Notes under the pieces: generated by a model
What the model saw: only the letters and a program-made list of their open reading frames with translations
The model's database searches: none
What the model was told of the DNA's origin: nothing
Made by a program: the position numbers and the translations under genes
Shown: one piece after another, positions 8,526-18,928 of the stretch
Position numbering within the stretch: position 1 is the first letter of the stretch
How the letters are laid out: each line of letters begins with the position of its first letter
NCBI GenBank assembly: GCA_047947115.1
Contig: CP170459.1
Span: 1,120,001 to 1,184,000, forward strand
Direction: 5' to 3'
Length of the DNA: 64,000 nt
Source: Verrucomicrobiota bacterium
GTDB taxonomy: Bacteria > Verrucomicrobiota > Verrucomicrobiia > Limisphaerales > AAA164-E04

Positions 8526-10349
8526 ATGAGTCATCAAAGCAAAACTGCTGACAAATCGAGCCCATCCAAAGCCAAGTTGGTCATTGGCACTGTCCTGGGG
8601 GTCGTGATTGTTCTTTGGATCCTGTCCAGCATGGGAGGATCGGATGCGACCGAGCACTCCTACTACGAAGTGGACCGAGGTGACTTCCTTGTCTCCGTGT
8701 CCGCCGGTGGAACCTTGGAAGCCGTGAATCAGGAAATCATCCGTAACGATGTGGATGGCACCTCACGGATTATCTACATCGTTCCCGAAGGAACGGTGGT
8801 GAAGGAAGGAGATTTAATCGTGGAACTGGATTCCGCCGAAGCAGAAGAACAGGTCAACCAGCAAAAACTGAGTTACGAAAAAGCCGTTCAGGATTTCGAA
8901 GCCGCCAAGGCGAATCTGGAAATTGAGCAGAGTCAGGTGCAGAGTCAGATCGACGCTGCGATCCTAGCTACCAATTTTGCCTTCATCGATTATCGTAAAT
9001 TCATAGAAGGCGACAAGCTGCAGCAGCTTCGCAACGCGGAAATCAATATTCAAACGGTCGAAGAACAGCTGAAGTTGAATCAGAACCAGTTGTTCTGGAC
9101 AGAAAAACTTTACAAGGAGGAATTTGAAACGCTCACGCGACTTGAGCAGGATCAACTCTCCGTGACCAATTCTCAACTCAATCTCGAGCAGGCCAAGACT
9201 GAGTATAAAATGTTGAAACAGTACGATCTTCCCAAACTGGAAGAAGAGTTTCTTTCGAATCTGATCGAATCATCCAATGAATTGACTCGCGTGATTCTGC
9301 AGGCGACCAATTCTCTTAATACAGCCATCGCAGCCTTGACAACACAGAGTAATTCCTTGGTGTTAAACAAGGAACGTCTGGATCGTGAGGTGGAACAGCT
9401 TGATAAATCGAAGATCTATGCACCCAAGGGAGGTATGGTGGTTTACGCCAAGTCTCGGAGTCGATTCAGTTCGGAATCCATGATCGAGGAAGGTGCCCAG
9501 GTGCGCAACCGACAGGAACTAATCACTCTGCCTGATACCTCGCAGATGAAAGTGGACATCAAGGTGCACGAATCACAGATCAACAAGGTGAAGAAGGGTC
9601 TGACCGCTTTCATCGTGTTGGATTCCGAACCCGACAAGCGATACAAAGGCATCGTGAGCAAAGTGGCTCCCCTGCCCGATTCCGCTTCCTTTTTCAGCGA
9701 TCCAAATTTGAAAGAATACGCCACCGAGATCCTGGTTACCGACCAGTTGCCGGATTTGAAACCCGGTGTTTCGGCACGCGCAGAAATTGTGATCACAAAT
9801 ATCCCAAGCACTTTGAAAGTACCAATACAATCTGTTACCACCATCAACAGCAAACAGGTGGTGTTTAAAGCCGGTTCAAGTGAGCCTGAGCCCATCCCGG
9901 TGGAGGTCGGCATGTTCAATACCAAGTTCATTCAGGTGCTCTCCGGAGTGAATGAAGGTGATAAGATTCTGCTGTCTCCACCCCTGAAAATGGAAGAGGT
10001 TAACCTTGCCGGAGAAGTATTCGGTGATGAGGAAGCGGTCAGTGATGATGAGTTGAAACCAGACACTTCCGCCTTGGAACGTCATGATCAATCCAACCAG
10101 TCACGTCGTCAGCAGAGCGGCTTTGGCGGGCCCGGTGGTCCGGGACGCGGACCCGGTGGTCAGGGCGGTGGCGGACCCGGAGGCCAGGGTGGTGGCGGGT
10201 TTGATCGCGAAGCCATGATGAAGCGTTTCGATACTGATGGCGATGGCCAACTGAGCGATTCGGAACGCCAGGCCATGCGCAGCCAGTTTCAGGGCGGCCA
10301 GGGTGGTGGTGGTCGTCCAAGTGGTGGCAGCGGACGTCCGGGGCAGTAA
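8526..10349 (+). CDS. Efflux periplasmic adaptor (MacA/HlyD-like) with Gly-rich, EF-hand-like C-terminal tail
   Basis: N-terminal TM helix; barrel-sandwich hybrid motif VPEGTVVKEGDLIVELD; long coiled coil; IYAPKGGMV; tail with Gly-rich segments around FDTDGDGQLSDSE. Confidence 0.8.
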   Translation: MSHQSKTADKSSPSKAKLVIGTVLGVVIVLWILSSMGGSDATEHSYYEVDRGDFLVSVSAGGTLEAVNQEIIRNDVDGTSRIIYIVPEGTVVKEGDLIVELDSAEAEEQVNQQKLSYEKAVQDFEAAKANLEIEQSQVQSQIDAAILATNFAFIDYRKFIEGDKLQQLRNAEINIQTVEEQLKLNQNQLFWTEKLYKEEFETLTRLEQDQLSVTNSQLNLEQAKTEYKMLKQYDLPKLEEEFLSNLIESSNELTRVILQATNSLNTAIAALTTQSNSLVLNKERLDREVEQLDKSKIYAPKGGMVVYAKSRSRFSSESMIEEGAQVRNRQELITLPDTSQMKVDIKVHESQINKVKKGLTAFIVLDSEPDKRYKGIVSKVAPLPDSASFFSDPNLKEYATEILVTDQLPDLKPGVSARAEIVITNIPSTLKVPIQSVTTINSKQVVFKAGSSEPEPIPVEVGMFNTKFIQVLSGVNEGDKILLSPPLKMEEVNLAGEVFGDEEAVSDDELKPDTSALERHDQSNQSRRQQSGFGGPGGPGRGPGGQGGGGPGGQGGGGFDREAMMKRFDTDGDGQLSDSERQAMRSQFQGGQGGGGRPSGGSGRPGQ

Positions 10350-10408
10350 TCCTCGATTTTGAAGAATCTGTCACCTTATACCTTAAGACTTAACCCAGGG
10401 AATTTGTT

Positions 10409-11143
10409 TTGGCATTGGAACCGATCATCAAGATTGAAGGGATAGAACGAAAATACTCCATGGGCGATGACATCGAAGTCATGGCGCTTAACGGAGTGAA
10501 TATCGCCATTCACCAAGGGGAGTATGTTGCGATCATGGGGCCCTCCGGATCCGGCAAATCGACCATGCTCAACTTGCTGGGTTGCCTTGACCGACCAACC
10601 GGCGGTGCGTATTGGCTGGGTGGAGAGGATGTCGCCCGCATGGGAGACGACGCACTCTCCGATGTGCGCGGTCGCCGCATTGGATTTATTTTTCAATCCT
10701 ACAACCTGATCGCTCAGTTGACTGTACTGGAAAACATCCAGGTGCCGTTGTTTTATCAGGGCAAAAGCATGCAGGAATCTTACGATCGCTGTGTTGAGTT
10801 GGCGGAGCTGGTTGGTTTGGGGGATCGATTGACACATCGTCCGAATCAGTTGTCCGGTGGTCAGCAACAGCGTGTTGCCATTGCAAGGTCCCTCGTCAAC
10901 GATCCGCTCATGATTCTTGCCGATGAACCCACGGGAAACCTGGATTCCAAAACCGGTTTGGAAGTGCTGGATCTCATCGATGACCTGAATGATTCAGGCA
11001 AGACCATTGTCTTGGTGACACATGATAATTACGTGGCCGAACGAGCACATCGAGTCATCCACATGAAGGATGGCAAGGTGGATCGGGAAGAGATCAAACG
11101 TAAGCAGGGCGAAGAACGCCAGAAGATTTACAAAAGACGCTGA
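10409..11143 (+). CDS. ABC transporter ATP-binding protein (MacB/LolD-like)
   Basis: Walker A GPSGSGKS, signature [13 protein letters not shown], Walker [19 protein letters not shown] start. Confidence 0.9.
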   Translation: MALEPIIKIEGIERKYSMGDDIEVMALNGVNIAIHQGEYVAIMGPSGSGKSTMLNLLGCLDRPTGGAYWLGGEDVARMGDDALSDVRGRRIGFIFQSYNLIAQLTVLENIQVPLFYQGKSMQESYDRCVELAELVGLGDRLTHRPNQLSGGQQQRVAIARSLVNDPLMILADEPTGNLDSKTGLEVLDLIDDLNDSGKTIVLVTHDNYVAERAHRVIHMKDGKVDREEIKRKQGEERQKIYKRR

Positions 11144-11148
11144 TATCC

Positions 11149-12444
11149 ATGGTGAGTTACCAACATTTTATGAGCACGGTGCAGTTGGGTGTCAAAACCC
11201 TCATGCTGCATAAACTGCGGTCCGGTCTGACCATGCTGGGTATCATCTTCGGGGTGTGTTCCGTTATTGCCATGCTGGCCATTGGGGAAGGAGCTTCCTA
11301 TGAAGCGCAGGAACGCATCAAGGCACTCGGAAGCAATAACATCATTGTGCGCAGTGTCAAACCTCCCGAAGAATCCCGCGAACAAAACAACAATTCGGGG
11401 CGCAGTCGGGGCATTCGATATGGATTGACCTATGACGATACCGCTCGTATTTACTCAACGATTCCCGGTGTTGAACGTGTGCTGCCCATGCGGTTGATTC
11501 GCGAGAAGGTTCGGTTTTTTGAAATGGAAATGCCCTGCCAGGTGGTTGGCACATTGTCTTTTTATCCAGAAATCGTGAAAATAGATATGGCCAAGGGACG
11601 GTTCATTTCGCACATGGATGAGATCTACAAACAAAACGTCTGCGTGCTCACGACGACACTGGCCCAACGCTTGTTCCCCTACCACGATCCACTGCAGCAG
11701 AGCGTGAAAATATCCGGTGTTTACTACAAGGTCGTTGGTCTGGTCCGGGAAATCAACACACCTGACGAACGGCCACAGAGTGGAGAAACCGAAGGGGAAA
11801 CCATGGAAAACAATGTCTACATCCCCCTTGCCACGGCCAAGGCCCGCTTTGGAGAAACCATCGTCAAGCGCACAGGAAACACTGTCAATTCCGAGACGGT
11901 GCAAGTGCACGAGATTCGTGTGCAAATGAAAGATCACACATTTGTCGAATCGGCCGACCCGCAAGTACGCACCCTGCTGTCACGGTTTCACAAGGAAATC
12001 GATTATGAAATCACCGTTCCTCTCCAACTTCTTCGTCAAGCCGAGGCTACCAAGCGTATGTTCAACATTGTGCTCGGATCGATTGCCGCCATTTCGCTGT
12101 TGGTCGGTGGTATTGGCATCATGAATATCATGCTCGCCAACGTCACCGAACGTACCCGGGAGATCGGTGTGCGCCGAGCCCTTGGAGCCAAGAAAAGTGA
12201 CATTACCACCCAGTTCCTGGTGGAAACTGTCGTGCTGTCGGTGGGAGGCGGATTGGTAGGTGTGATCGTCGGTGTGCTGACACCTCTCATCGTCACACAT
12301 TTGACGAATATGCAAACTATCATCACCCTTTGGTCGGTGGTGCTGGCGTTTGGCATTTCCGGAGCCATCGGAGTGGTGTTTGGTATTTACCCGGCCAATG
12401 CAGCCGCCAGTCTTGATCCAATCGAAGCGCTCCGTCACGAATAA
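11149..12444 (+). CDS. ABC transporter permease (MacB/FtsX family)
   Basis: KLRSGLTMLGIIFGV, periplasmic domain, ISLLVGGIGIMNIMLANVTERTREIGVRRALGA, LDPIEALRHE. Confidence 0.9.
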   Translation: MVSYQHFMSTVQLGVKTLMLHKLRSGLTMLGIIFGVCSVIAMLAIGEGASYEAQERIKALGSNNIIVRSVKPPEESREQNNNSGRSRGIRYGLTYDDTARIYSTIPGVERVLPMRLIREKVRFFEMEMPCQVVGTLSFYPEIVKIDMAKGRFISHMDEIYKQNVCVLTTTLAQRLFPYHDPLQQSVKISGVYYKVVGLVREINTPDERPQSGETEGETMENNVYIPLATAKARFGETIVKRTGNTVNSETVQVHEIRVQMKDHTFVESADPQVRTLLSRFHKEIDYEITVPLQLLRQAEATKRMFNIVLGSIAAISLLVGGIGIMNIMLANVTERTREIGVRRALGAKKSDITTQFLVETVVLSVGGGLVGVIVGVLTPLIVTHLTNMQTIITLWSVVLAFGISGAIGVVFGIYPANAAASLDPIEALRHE

Positions 12445-12599
12445 ATCTCCTGCGGATCAATCCCAACAACCCACAGGAAATAGCATCTTTGTGGATTGCC
12501 CTTTGGGGAATGTTGCCTTCATCTTATTGAAATGGTTGATTGTCATGGCCGTTATTTTGGGCCAGCTTAATGATATCCAAGTTCAAAGCCTTTACTCTT

Positions 12600-13448
12600 A
12601 TGAAGATTTACATGCCATTTTGCATTACCCAGGGTCGTGTCAGGAAACACGGATTCACACTTATTGAGCTTCTGGTTGTGATCGCGATCATTGCTATTTT
12701 GGCTGGAATGCTTTTACCGGCTTTGAGCGCTGCAAAAAACAAAGCGCACCGTGCAAGCTGTATTAATAATTTAAGGCAATTGGGTATCGTTACGTTCATC
12801 TATGCCGACGACCACGAAGACAAACTATACCCTTCGTTGTTCAATCCGGAGGCACTTGCCGGTAGCGCTCCTTGGTGGTCTTATCGTCTGTTTGGCGGAG
12901 CTGATGGACAACCTGCCGATGTGGATAATCCATTCAATCATGGTCACCTCTTCCGCTATAACTACATCACTGATGCGCGCATGTATTTTGATCCTGGTCT
13001 GAAAGGTGTGGATGCCAATCTCGAAGGGCGTGGATATGAACTGAAATATTACCAGAATGATAACAATCCATTCCCGGTGGCTCAAGGGGCCTGGGTTCGA
13101 TCCAGCTATGTTTACTACCCGCAATCCCAACAGCCTGCCACCAAAACACCGGCCAATGAGAATCAGGCTCAGTGGCGTAAAGTGGCCACCAAGTCCATTC
13201 AACTGGCTTCTGATCGAACTTTTATCACGGGCTTTATCTATTCCTTCAAAACGATCCCTCACAAAACCAACCGAAATCCGGTCGGTCTCAATGTGCTATG
13301 GGGAGACTCGCACGTGTCCTTTTCCAATGACAAGCGTGCTTTCGATCCCAGCTTATGGGATGTCCCTGAAGGCAGCACTGCAGGTGATCTGAATCCCGGA
13401 AACAACCCCGAACGGTTTCGATCCATTGTGGGCTGGCTGCGCCCATAG
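12600..13448 (+). CDS. Prepilin-type N-terminal cleavage/methylation protein (DUF1559/H-X9-DG-like)
   Basis: [36 protein letters not shown]-terminal H...[11 protein letters not shown]. Start uncertain (12600 or 12612). Confidence 0.8.
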   Translation: MKIYMPFCITQGRVRKHGFTLIELLVVIAIIAILAGMLLPALSAAKNKAHRASCINNLRQLGIVTFIYADDHEDKLYPSLFNPEALAGSAPWWSYRLFGGADGQPADVDNPFNHGHLFRYNYITDARMYFDPGLKGVDANLEGRGYELKYYQNDNNPFPVAQGAWVRSSYVYYPQSQQPATKTPANENQAQWRKVATKSIQLASDRTFITGFIYSFKTIPHKTNRNPVGLNVLWGDSHVSFSNDKRAFDPSLWDVPEGSTAGDLNPGNNPERFRSIVGWLRP

Positions 13449-13539
13449 ATGCATGTTTTGAGTTGGTTTTCCTTGGTGACATTTTCCGGTCCTGCATTCA
13501 GAATGGTCGTGTATTCAACAATCTCAACCGACTGCTCTG

Positions 13540-15021
13540 ATGAAATTCAAACATCTCGTTCGTGTTCTTTGCGCCGTTGTGACCATGCTGGCGTGCCATA
13601 CCTGTTATGCCGCCAAACCCAATATCCTGATTGTCACCGTCGATGACATGAGCTGTGACTCGGTGGGAGTGTTCGGTTGCGAGCTTCAGGGAACCACACC
13701 TCACATCGACAAGTTGGCTCAGCACGGGCTGCGTTATCATCACGCACATGTGCAAACGGGCAGTTGTTATCCCTGTCGTAACGTCTTGTTTTCCGGTCGC
13801 TTTTCCCACAATACCGGAGTCGAAGGATTCTATCAGGTTAAGAACACCACCTATCCACATATGGTGGACTTGATGAAGGCTGGTGGTTACTTCGTTGGCA
13901 TCCGAGGCAAGGTGGCCCACTCCACTCCGTATCAACCTTACGGATGGGATGAAGATTTGACAGTGATTGATGGCAAACTACAGCACACCAAGCATCCCGA
14001 ATCCTATTATCAATCCACCAAAAAGGGCATCGAATCCGCCGTCAAAGTCGGGAAACCCTTTTGTCTCAACATTAACATCTCCGATCCTCACAAACCCTTT
14101 TACGCCATGAACGGCAAAGGCGATATCGTGGACGATTCAAATGTGCCCTCGCATATTTTCAAACCTGAAGAAGTGCCCATCCCTGGATTCCTGTTTGATC
14201 ATCCGGATGTTCGGTCAGAGCTGGCACATTACTACTCTTCCGTGCGTCGTGCGGATGATTGCCTGGGCCAGGTGATGAAGGCATTGGATGAGTCCGGAAA
14301 ACGTGAGGACACAGTCATCTTCTTTTTATCGGATCACGGCATGCCCCTGCCCTTCGCTAAAACAGCGGTATGGCATCACAGCACACGCACCCCATGGATC
14401 GTTGTCTGGCCGGGCGTCACCCGGGCTGGAGCGGTGGACAAGCAACACATGATTTCCGGTGTGGATCTTCTTCCAACCCTGCTGGACGTAGCAGGATTGC
14501 CTCATCCGGAGGGTTTCGACGGACATTCATTTCTTCCGACCATTCGAGGCGAACGTCAGGCCGGGCGCAATTACGTCTACAAATTTCACAACGAGAATTC
14601 CGGACGCAATCGGAGTCCCATGCGCAGTGTACAATCCAAACAATTCGGATATATTTTCAATCCATGGTCGGATGGCAAACGTGTTTTCAAAACCGCAACG
14701 CGGGGCACCATCACTTTTCGGACCATGCAGCAACTGGCCAAAACGGATGAAACCATTGCCGCCAGACTGAAGCTGTTGGAATACGGTGTGCCGGAAGAAT
14801 TCTACGATTACGAAAACGATCCCGACGCGTTGCACAACCTGATTGATGATCCACGTTACGCCGATGAAATCACACGACACCGTGCCGCCATGTTACGATT
14901 CATGCGCGCGTCCAACGACCACGCGCTGGAAGCTTTCGAGCATCGTGATGATCCGGCGGCTGTCAGTGCTTATGTCGAAAAGAAACAAGCCGAAGCCGAT
15001 GCCCGGCGCAAAGCCAAGTAA
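13540..15021 (+). CDS. Sulfatase (S1 family, N-sulfoglucosamine sulfohydrolase-like)
   Basis: Signal peptide, PNILIVTVDD, CYPCR formylglycine motif, DPHKPF, SDHGMPLPFAK. Confidence 0.85.
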   Translation: MKFKHLVRVLCAVVTMLACHTCYAAKPNILIVTVDDMSCDSVGVFGCELQGTTPHIDKLAQHGLRYHHAHVQTGSCYPCRNVLFSGRFSHNTGVEGFYQVKNTTYPHMVDLMKAGGYFVGIRGKVAHSTPYQPYGWDEDLTVIDGKLQHTKHPESYYQSTKKGIESAVKVGKPFCLNINISDPHKPFYAMNGKGDIVDDSNVPSHIFKPEEVPIPGFLFDHPDVRSELAHYYSSVRRADDCLGQVMKALDESGKREDTVIFFLSDHGMPLPFAKTAVWHHSTRTPWIVVWPGVTRAGAVDKQHMISGVDLLPTLLDVAGLPHPEGFDGHSFLPTIRGERQAGRNYVYKFHNENSGRNRSPMRSVQSKQFGYIFNPWSDGKRVFKTATRGTITFRTMQQLAKTDETIAARLKLLEYGVPEEFYDYENDPDALHNLIDDPRYADEITRHRAAMLRFMRASNDHALEAFEHRDDPAAVSAYVEKKQAEADARRKAK

Positions 15022-15058
15022 TTGGAAGGACTCACCTCAACCCAAAAACGAAAACAAG

Positions 15059-16573
15059 ATGAATCGCTCCCCTCTATTTACTCTTTTAATTGCGGCAGGT
15101 CTCAGCGCCCTGTGTTGTTCCTGTGCCACTCCTTCGAAGGCCACCCCGACTCCAGCGCCCGAGCCTTTCGGTGTTTTACCAAGTGAGCGTCAGTTGGCAT
15201 GGCATGAATTGGAGTTTTACGGATTCCTGCATTTTTCGATCAACACCTTTACCGACATGGAATGGGGTAGTGGCGAAGAGCCTCCTGCGCGATTCAACCC
15301 CACGGCCTTTGATGCAGATCAGATTGCGCAGACTGCCGCTGACGCCGGGATGACCGCATTGATTCTCACCTGCAAACACCATGACGGGTTCTGTCTGTGG
15401 CCATCGGATCATACCGAGCATTCGGTGAAGAACAGCCCCTTTCGCGATGGTGAGGGTGATGTCGTTCGGGAAATTTCCGATGCCTGCCGCAAGCGCGGGC
15501 TCAAGTTCGGGGTCTATCTTTCACCTTGGGATCGCAATCATGCAGAGTATGGTCGCCCGGCTTATATTGATTATTTTCGAGCACAACTACGTGAATTGCT
15601 GACTGAGTACGGTCCCATTGCTGAAGTCTGGTTTGACGGTGCCAATGGCGGTACCGGCTTTTACGGCGGCGCAAATGAGAAGCGCAATATTGATCGTTCC
15701 ACTTATTACGATTGGGAGAATACCTGGGCCATTGTGCGCGAACTGCAGCCCCAGGCAGTGATGTTCAGTGATGTAGGGCCCGATGTGCGCTGGGTTGGGA
15801 ACGAAAGAGGTATTGCCGGGGATCCTTGTTGGGCGACTTACACCCCTCACGGACTGAATGGACTCAAACCTGCCCCTGGTCAGACCATGGACAAGGAAGG
15901 TCAGAATGGGCATCGGGACGGTGAGTTCTGGATTCCCGCAGAAGCGGATGTTTCGATCCGTCCGGGCTGGTTTTATCACGAATCACAAGATGACAAAGTG
16001 CGCAGCTCTCAAAACCTTGTTGATCTCTATTATAAATCCGTTGGGCGTGGCGCATCCTTCCTGTTGAACCTCCCTCCCGATCCGAGGGGCATCATTCATG
16101 AAAACGACGTTGCCGCGCTCAATGGTTTCCGAGCTCATTTGGATGCCACCTTTGCAAACAACATGGCCAAGGGCGCCCGACTTACTCCAAGCAACACACG
16201 AGGCAACCAGGAAAAAGCCTACGGTGCTCATTTATTGCTGGACGGAGATCGCAATACCTATTGGGCAAGTGATGACAACATGAACACTCCTACATTGGAA
16301 GTTGATTTTGGACAAACAACCCGGTTCAACGTGATTGATATCCGCGAGCACCTGCCCTTGGGGCTGCGAGTGGATCAGTGGGCTCTGGACAAATGGGATG
16401 AAGGAAGCGGAGAATGGACGGAATTCGCTTCAGGCGAAGGAATCGGCAACCGCCGACTCTGGCGTGGGGAAACCCAGACCACTTCCAAAATCCGCCTGCG
16501 TATAGTTGAAGCACCGGCATGTCCGGCCTTGAGTGAGTTTGGTGTTTATCTGGCACCGGAGTGGGCTGAATAA
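15059..16573 (+). CDS. Alpha-L-fucosidase (GH29) with C-terminal F5/8-type module
   Basis: LTCKHHDGFCLWPS, FGVYLSPWDRN, EVWFDGANGG, DVSIRPGWFYH, SVGRGASFLLN. Lipoprotein-like leader from ATG 15059. Confidence 0.9.
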   Translation: MNRSPLFTLLIAAGLSALCCSCATPSKATPTPAPEPFGVLPSERQLAWHELEFYGFLHFSINTFTDMEWGSGEEPPARFNPTAFDADQIAQTAADAGMTALILTCKHHDGFCLWPSDHTEHSVKNSPFRDGEGDVVREISDACRKRGLKFGVYLSPWDRNHAEYGRPAYIDYFRAQLRELLTEYGPIAEVWFDGANGGTGFYGGANEKRNIDRSTYYDWENTWAIVRELQPQAVMFSDVGPDVRWVGNERGIAGDPCWATYTPHGLNGLKPAPGQTMDKEGQNGHRDGEFWIPAEADVSIRPGWFYHESQDDKVRSSQNLVDLYYKSVGRGASFLLNLPPDPRGIIHENDVAALNGFRAHLDATFANNMAKGARLTPSNTRGNQEKAYGAHLLLDGDRNTYWASDDNMNTPTLEVDFGQTTRFNVIDIREHLPLGLRVDQWALDKWDEGSGEWTEFASGEGIGNRRLWRGETQTTSKIRLRIVEAPACPALSEFGVYLAPEWAE

Positions 16574-16592
16574 AACATTACCAAACCAACTT

Positions 16593-16718
16593 CTATAACG
16601 TTTGCCAAAAGTAATTTCTGAAAAACCTCTGCGTCACTGCGTCCCTAGCGCAGCGGGCGTGAGGATAAGAAGCATCAGCGAGCCCCTTATACGCAAATAC
16701 TTTTGGCAATCAGTATAG
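16593..16718. mobile_element. MITE-like element, 126 bp
   Basis: 21-bp terminal inverted repeats with 3 mismatches: CTATAACGTTTGCCAAAAGTA / TACTTTTGGCAATCAGTATAG. No ORF inside. Confidence 0.6.
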
Positions 16719-16896
16719 GAAAGGAATGGATTCAGGGTCTCATAACCTTTTGAAGTCACTGAACCGTTTAATGCTTTTAGTCGCATCCTTTGCCTTTCCA
16801 TTCGATTGTCTGATCTCGATTTCGGTGAAACAGGTCACATAAGAACGCGCCGAATCATTGGGCGTGTCGTTTAAATTGGAGAAAGTGAACACCGAG

Positions 16897-17031
16897 TCAT
16901 GTCAGCTCCGAGTGACCACCCTCGTTACGGCCGATGTCAAGGATGCCTTCTTGAGCGTCGGTAAATCCACATATCCATTTCAGATACTCGTTTCGCCAAG
17001 ACTCTTTCCACTCAATCTGCTGATCTTCACT
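16897..17031 (-). pseudogene. N-terminal remnant of an AlbA_2/Schlafen-like domain protein
   Basis: Minus strand reads SEDQQIEWKESWRNEYLKWICGFTDAQEGILDIGRNEG, matching the E-x-x-x-I-E-W-K-E-S-W...ICGFANAxGG-x-L-x-IG pattern. No start codon; stops early. Confidence 0.6.
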
Positions 17032-17069
17032 CGTTTCTTTGAGGTTCCTCTGATCTGGTTGATCATGGA

Positions 17070-18584
17070 CTATTCGTCTTGAAGGAGTTTGTCTGCGAAC
17101 GCCACTGGCTTTCCGGTGATTTTATTGATGGGCATCAGTGCCTGTTTTGATCGAAGTTCTTTGCCGAGTTCATTGGCGAGTTGTTTGACACGGACCGGTT
17201 GATCCGATGCATGGTTGTGTTTTTCTCCGATGTCGGTTTCCAAATTGAATAGTTCAAGGCGTTGATCGCTGTGGTGGTGGATAAGTTTCCAGGGGCCGCG
17301 ACGAATGGCGCTGAAGGATCCCTGGCCACTGTAGTTGTGCGGGAAATGCCAGATGAAATTGCGATCTTCGGACTCGATTTGATCTCCTTTTAGCAAGGGA
17401 ACAAAACTGCGGCCATCCACGCTCTGCTTTGTTTTGCCATGCCAGTCCACGCCGGCAAGTTCGAGGATGCTGGGAAAAAAATCTTCAATGATCAATGGCG
17501 TATCGCAACTCGCAGCGGGTTTTGTCACGCCCGGCCATTTCACGATCATTGGTTCGCGTGTGCCTCCCTCGTAAGGGGTCAGTTTGTGTCCGCGCAGGGG
17601 CAGGTTTCGAGGGCATTGGGAAGGTGAGCCGTTATCGGACATGAATATCACGATGGTGTTGTTTTCCACTCCGAAGCGCTTGATGGCTGCCATCACATCC
17701 CCCAGTGATTTGTCCATGCCTTCGATCATGGATGCCAATGTGGCTTCGAAAGGTTTGAGGCCTGCGTCGATGTATGTTTGATAAAACCGATCATCCTTTT
17801 CCCAGGGCGCATGTACCGCATAATGGGACATGTAAAGGTAGAAGGGTTCTTTTTCGGCAACGGATTGTTCGACTGCTTTGATGGCTTCGAGCGTCAGGGC
17901 TTCGGTCAGGTAGATATTTTTACCGTGGTAATCTTCCAGTCCTGGAACATCCCAAATAATTGCAGGTGGATCGGTGCGCCACGCAGCGCTGAAGTTCTTC
18001 TCACCCCAATAACTACCCGGACCTCCGGCAGCATGTCCGGCGATGTTGATGTCAAAACCAAGATTCAATGGATCATCTCCCGGTGTTTCTTTAGCGCCGA
18101 AATGCGCTTTGCCGACATGGATGGTGCGGTATCCCGCTTCCCGCAGAAGGCTCGGCAGCGGTGTGACTTGATAGGTCCGTTCGATCCCCTGCTCCATGCA
18201 GATGCCATTTACATTCCAGACGGGTGGTTGGAGTGTTTTGTGGGGATTGTCGGGTGAGGCATTTTTACGCAGGGTCCAATTGGTGACCCGATGTCGGGCG
18301 GCGTTCATCCCTGTGATGGCGCTGACTCGGGTGGGTGAACAAACAGCCGAAGCATAGGCCTGAGTGAACTTCATCCCATCAGCGGCGAGACGCTGCATGT
18401 TGGGGGTATGATAGCGGCGGTTCAGTTCGGTAACTTCCGTGTGGAATGGCACCGAGGTTTCCTGCCATCCCATATCGTCCACGAGAAAGAAGACAATATT
18501 GGGTCGAGTGTCGGCATGGATGTGAGCTGCGCACATCACTCCCAAGGCCATGAGCCAGATGCTCATCGATTTCGGAAATGTCAT
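17070..18584 (-). CDS. Sulfatase (S1 family)
   Basis: Signal peptide, PNIVFFLVDDMG, VCSPTR, GKAHFG, HYAVHAP, SDNG, YEGGTREP. Confidence 0.9.
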   Translation of the reverse strand: MTFPKSMSIWLMALGVMCAAHIHADTRPNIVFFLVDDMGWQETSVPFHTEVTELNRRYHTPNMQRLAADGMKFTQAYASAVCSPTRVSAITGMNAARHRVTNWTLRKNASPDNPHKTLQPPVWNVNGICMEQGIERTYQVTPLPSLLREAGYRTIHVGKAHFGAKETPGDDPLNLGFDINIAGHAAGGPGSYWGEKNFSAAWRTDPPAIIWDVPGLEDYHGKNIYLTEALTLEAIKAVEQSVAEKEPFYLYMSHYAVHAPWEKDDRFYQTYIDAGLKPFEATLASMIEGMDKSLGDVMAAIKRFGVENNTIVIFMSDNGSPSQCPRNLPLRGHKLTPYEGGTREPMIVKWPGVTKPAASCDTPLIIEDFFPSILELAGVDWHGKTKQSVDGRSFVPLLKGDQIESEDRNFIWHFPHNYSGQGSFSAIRRGPWKLIHHHSDQRLELFNLETDIGEKHNHASDQPVRVKQLANELGKELRSKQALMPINKITGKPVAFADKLLQDE

Positions 18585-18593
18585 GCCGGTAGC

Positions 18594-18788
18594 CTATTCG
18601 AAGAACTAAATGTCTGCAATGGTAGGTCCTTCACTGGCATCCAGAATATTCAGCCGAAAGGCGCTGGTGGTAATGGGTGTATCGAGTTTCTTTTGAAACC
18701 AACGTCCGATGGTCATGCAGGTTTCCTCACGTCCAGAACGTTCCAGCGACTCAAAGGAGCAGCGTTCCAGTTCCGTTGATTGATTCAT
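18594..18788 (-). pseudogene. C-terminal remnant of an F5/8-type (discoidin-like) module of a glycoside hydrolase
   Basis: TIGRWFQKKLDTPITTSAFRLNILDASEGPTIADI*FFE* resembles the C-terminus of the GH29 in this window (TTSKIRLRIVEAPACPALSEF). Confidence 0.45.
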
Positions 18789-18881
18789 CGGATGACTTGG
18801 ATTTTAAGATGAATGAGATTGGGTAACAATATAAACCTCCCTGATTTCTGCCCAAATGTCACATGACTTCTGTCGAGTTTG

Positions 18882-18928
18882 TTGACTGGAATAGTTGTAT
18901 GAATCATATTGTGAATCATTATGACTCA
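18882..18928 (+). promoter_or_regulatory. Putative vapBC promoter/operator
   Basis: TTGACT at 18882; TGAATCA at 18900 and 18912, and TGACTCA at 18922 (TGAnTCA palindromes) around the start codon. Confidence 0.5.

Noticed and set aside
10120..10345. GGC/GGT-rich tandem-like DNA as an independent repeat element
   Set aside because: Fully explained by the Gly-rich coding tail of the adaptor protein.
14843..15058. N-terminal extension of the fucosidase ORF
   Set aside because: It overlaps the sulfatase gene; a signal peptide begins at ATG 15059.
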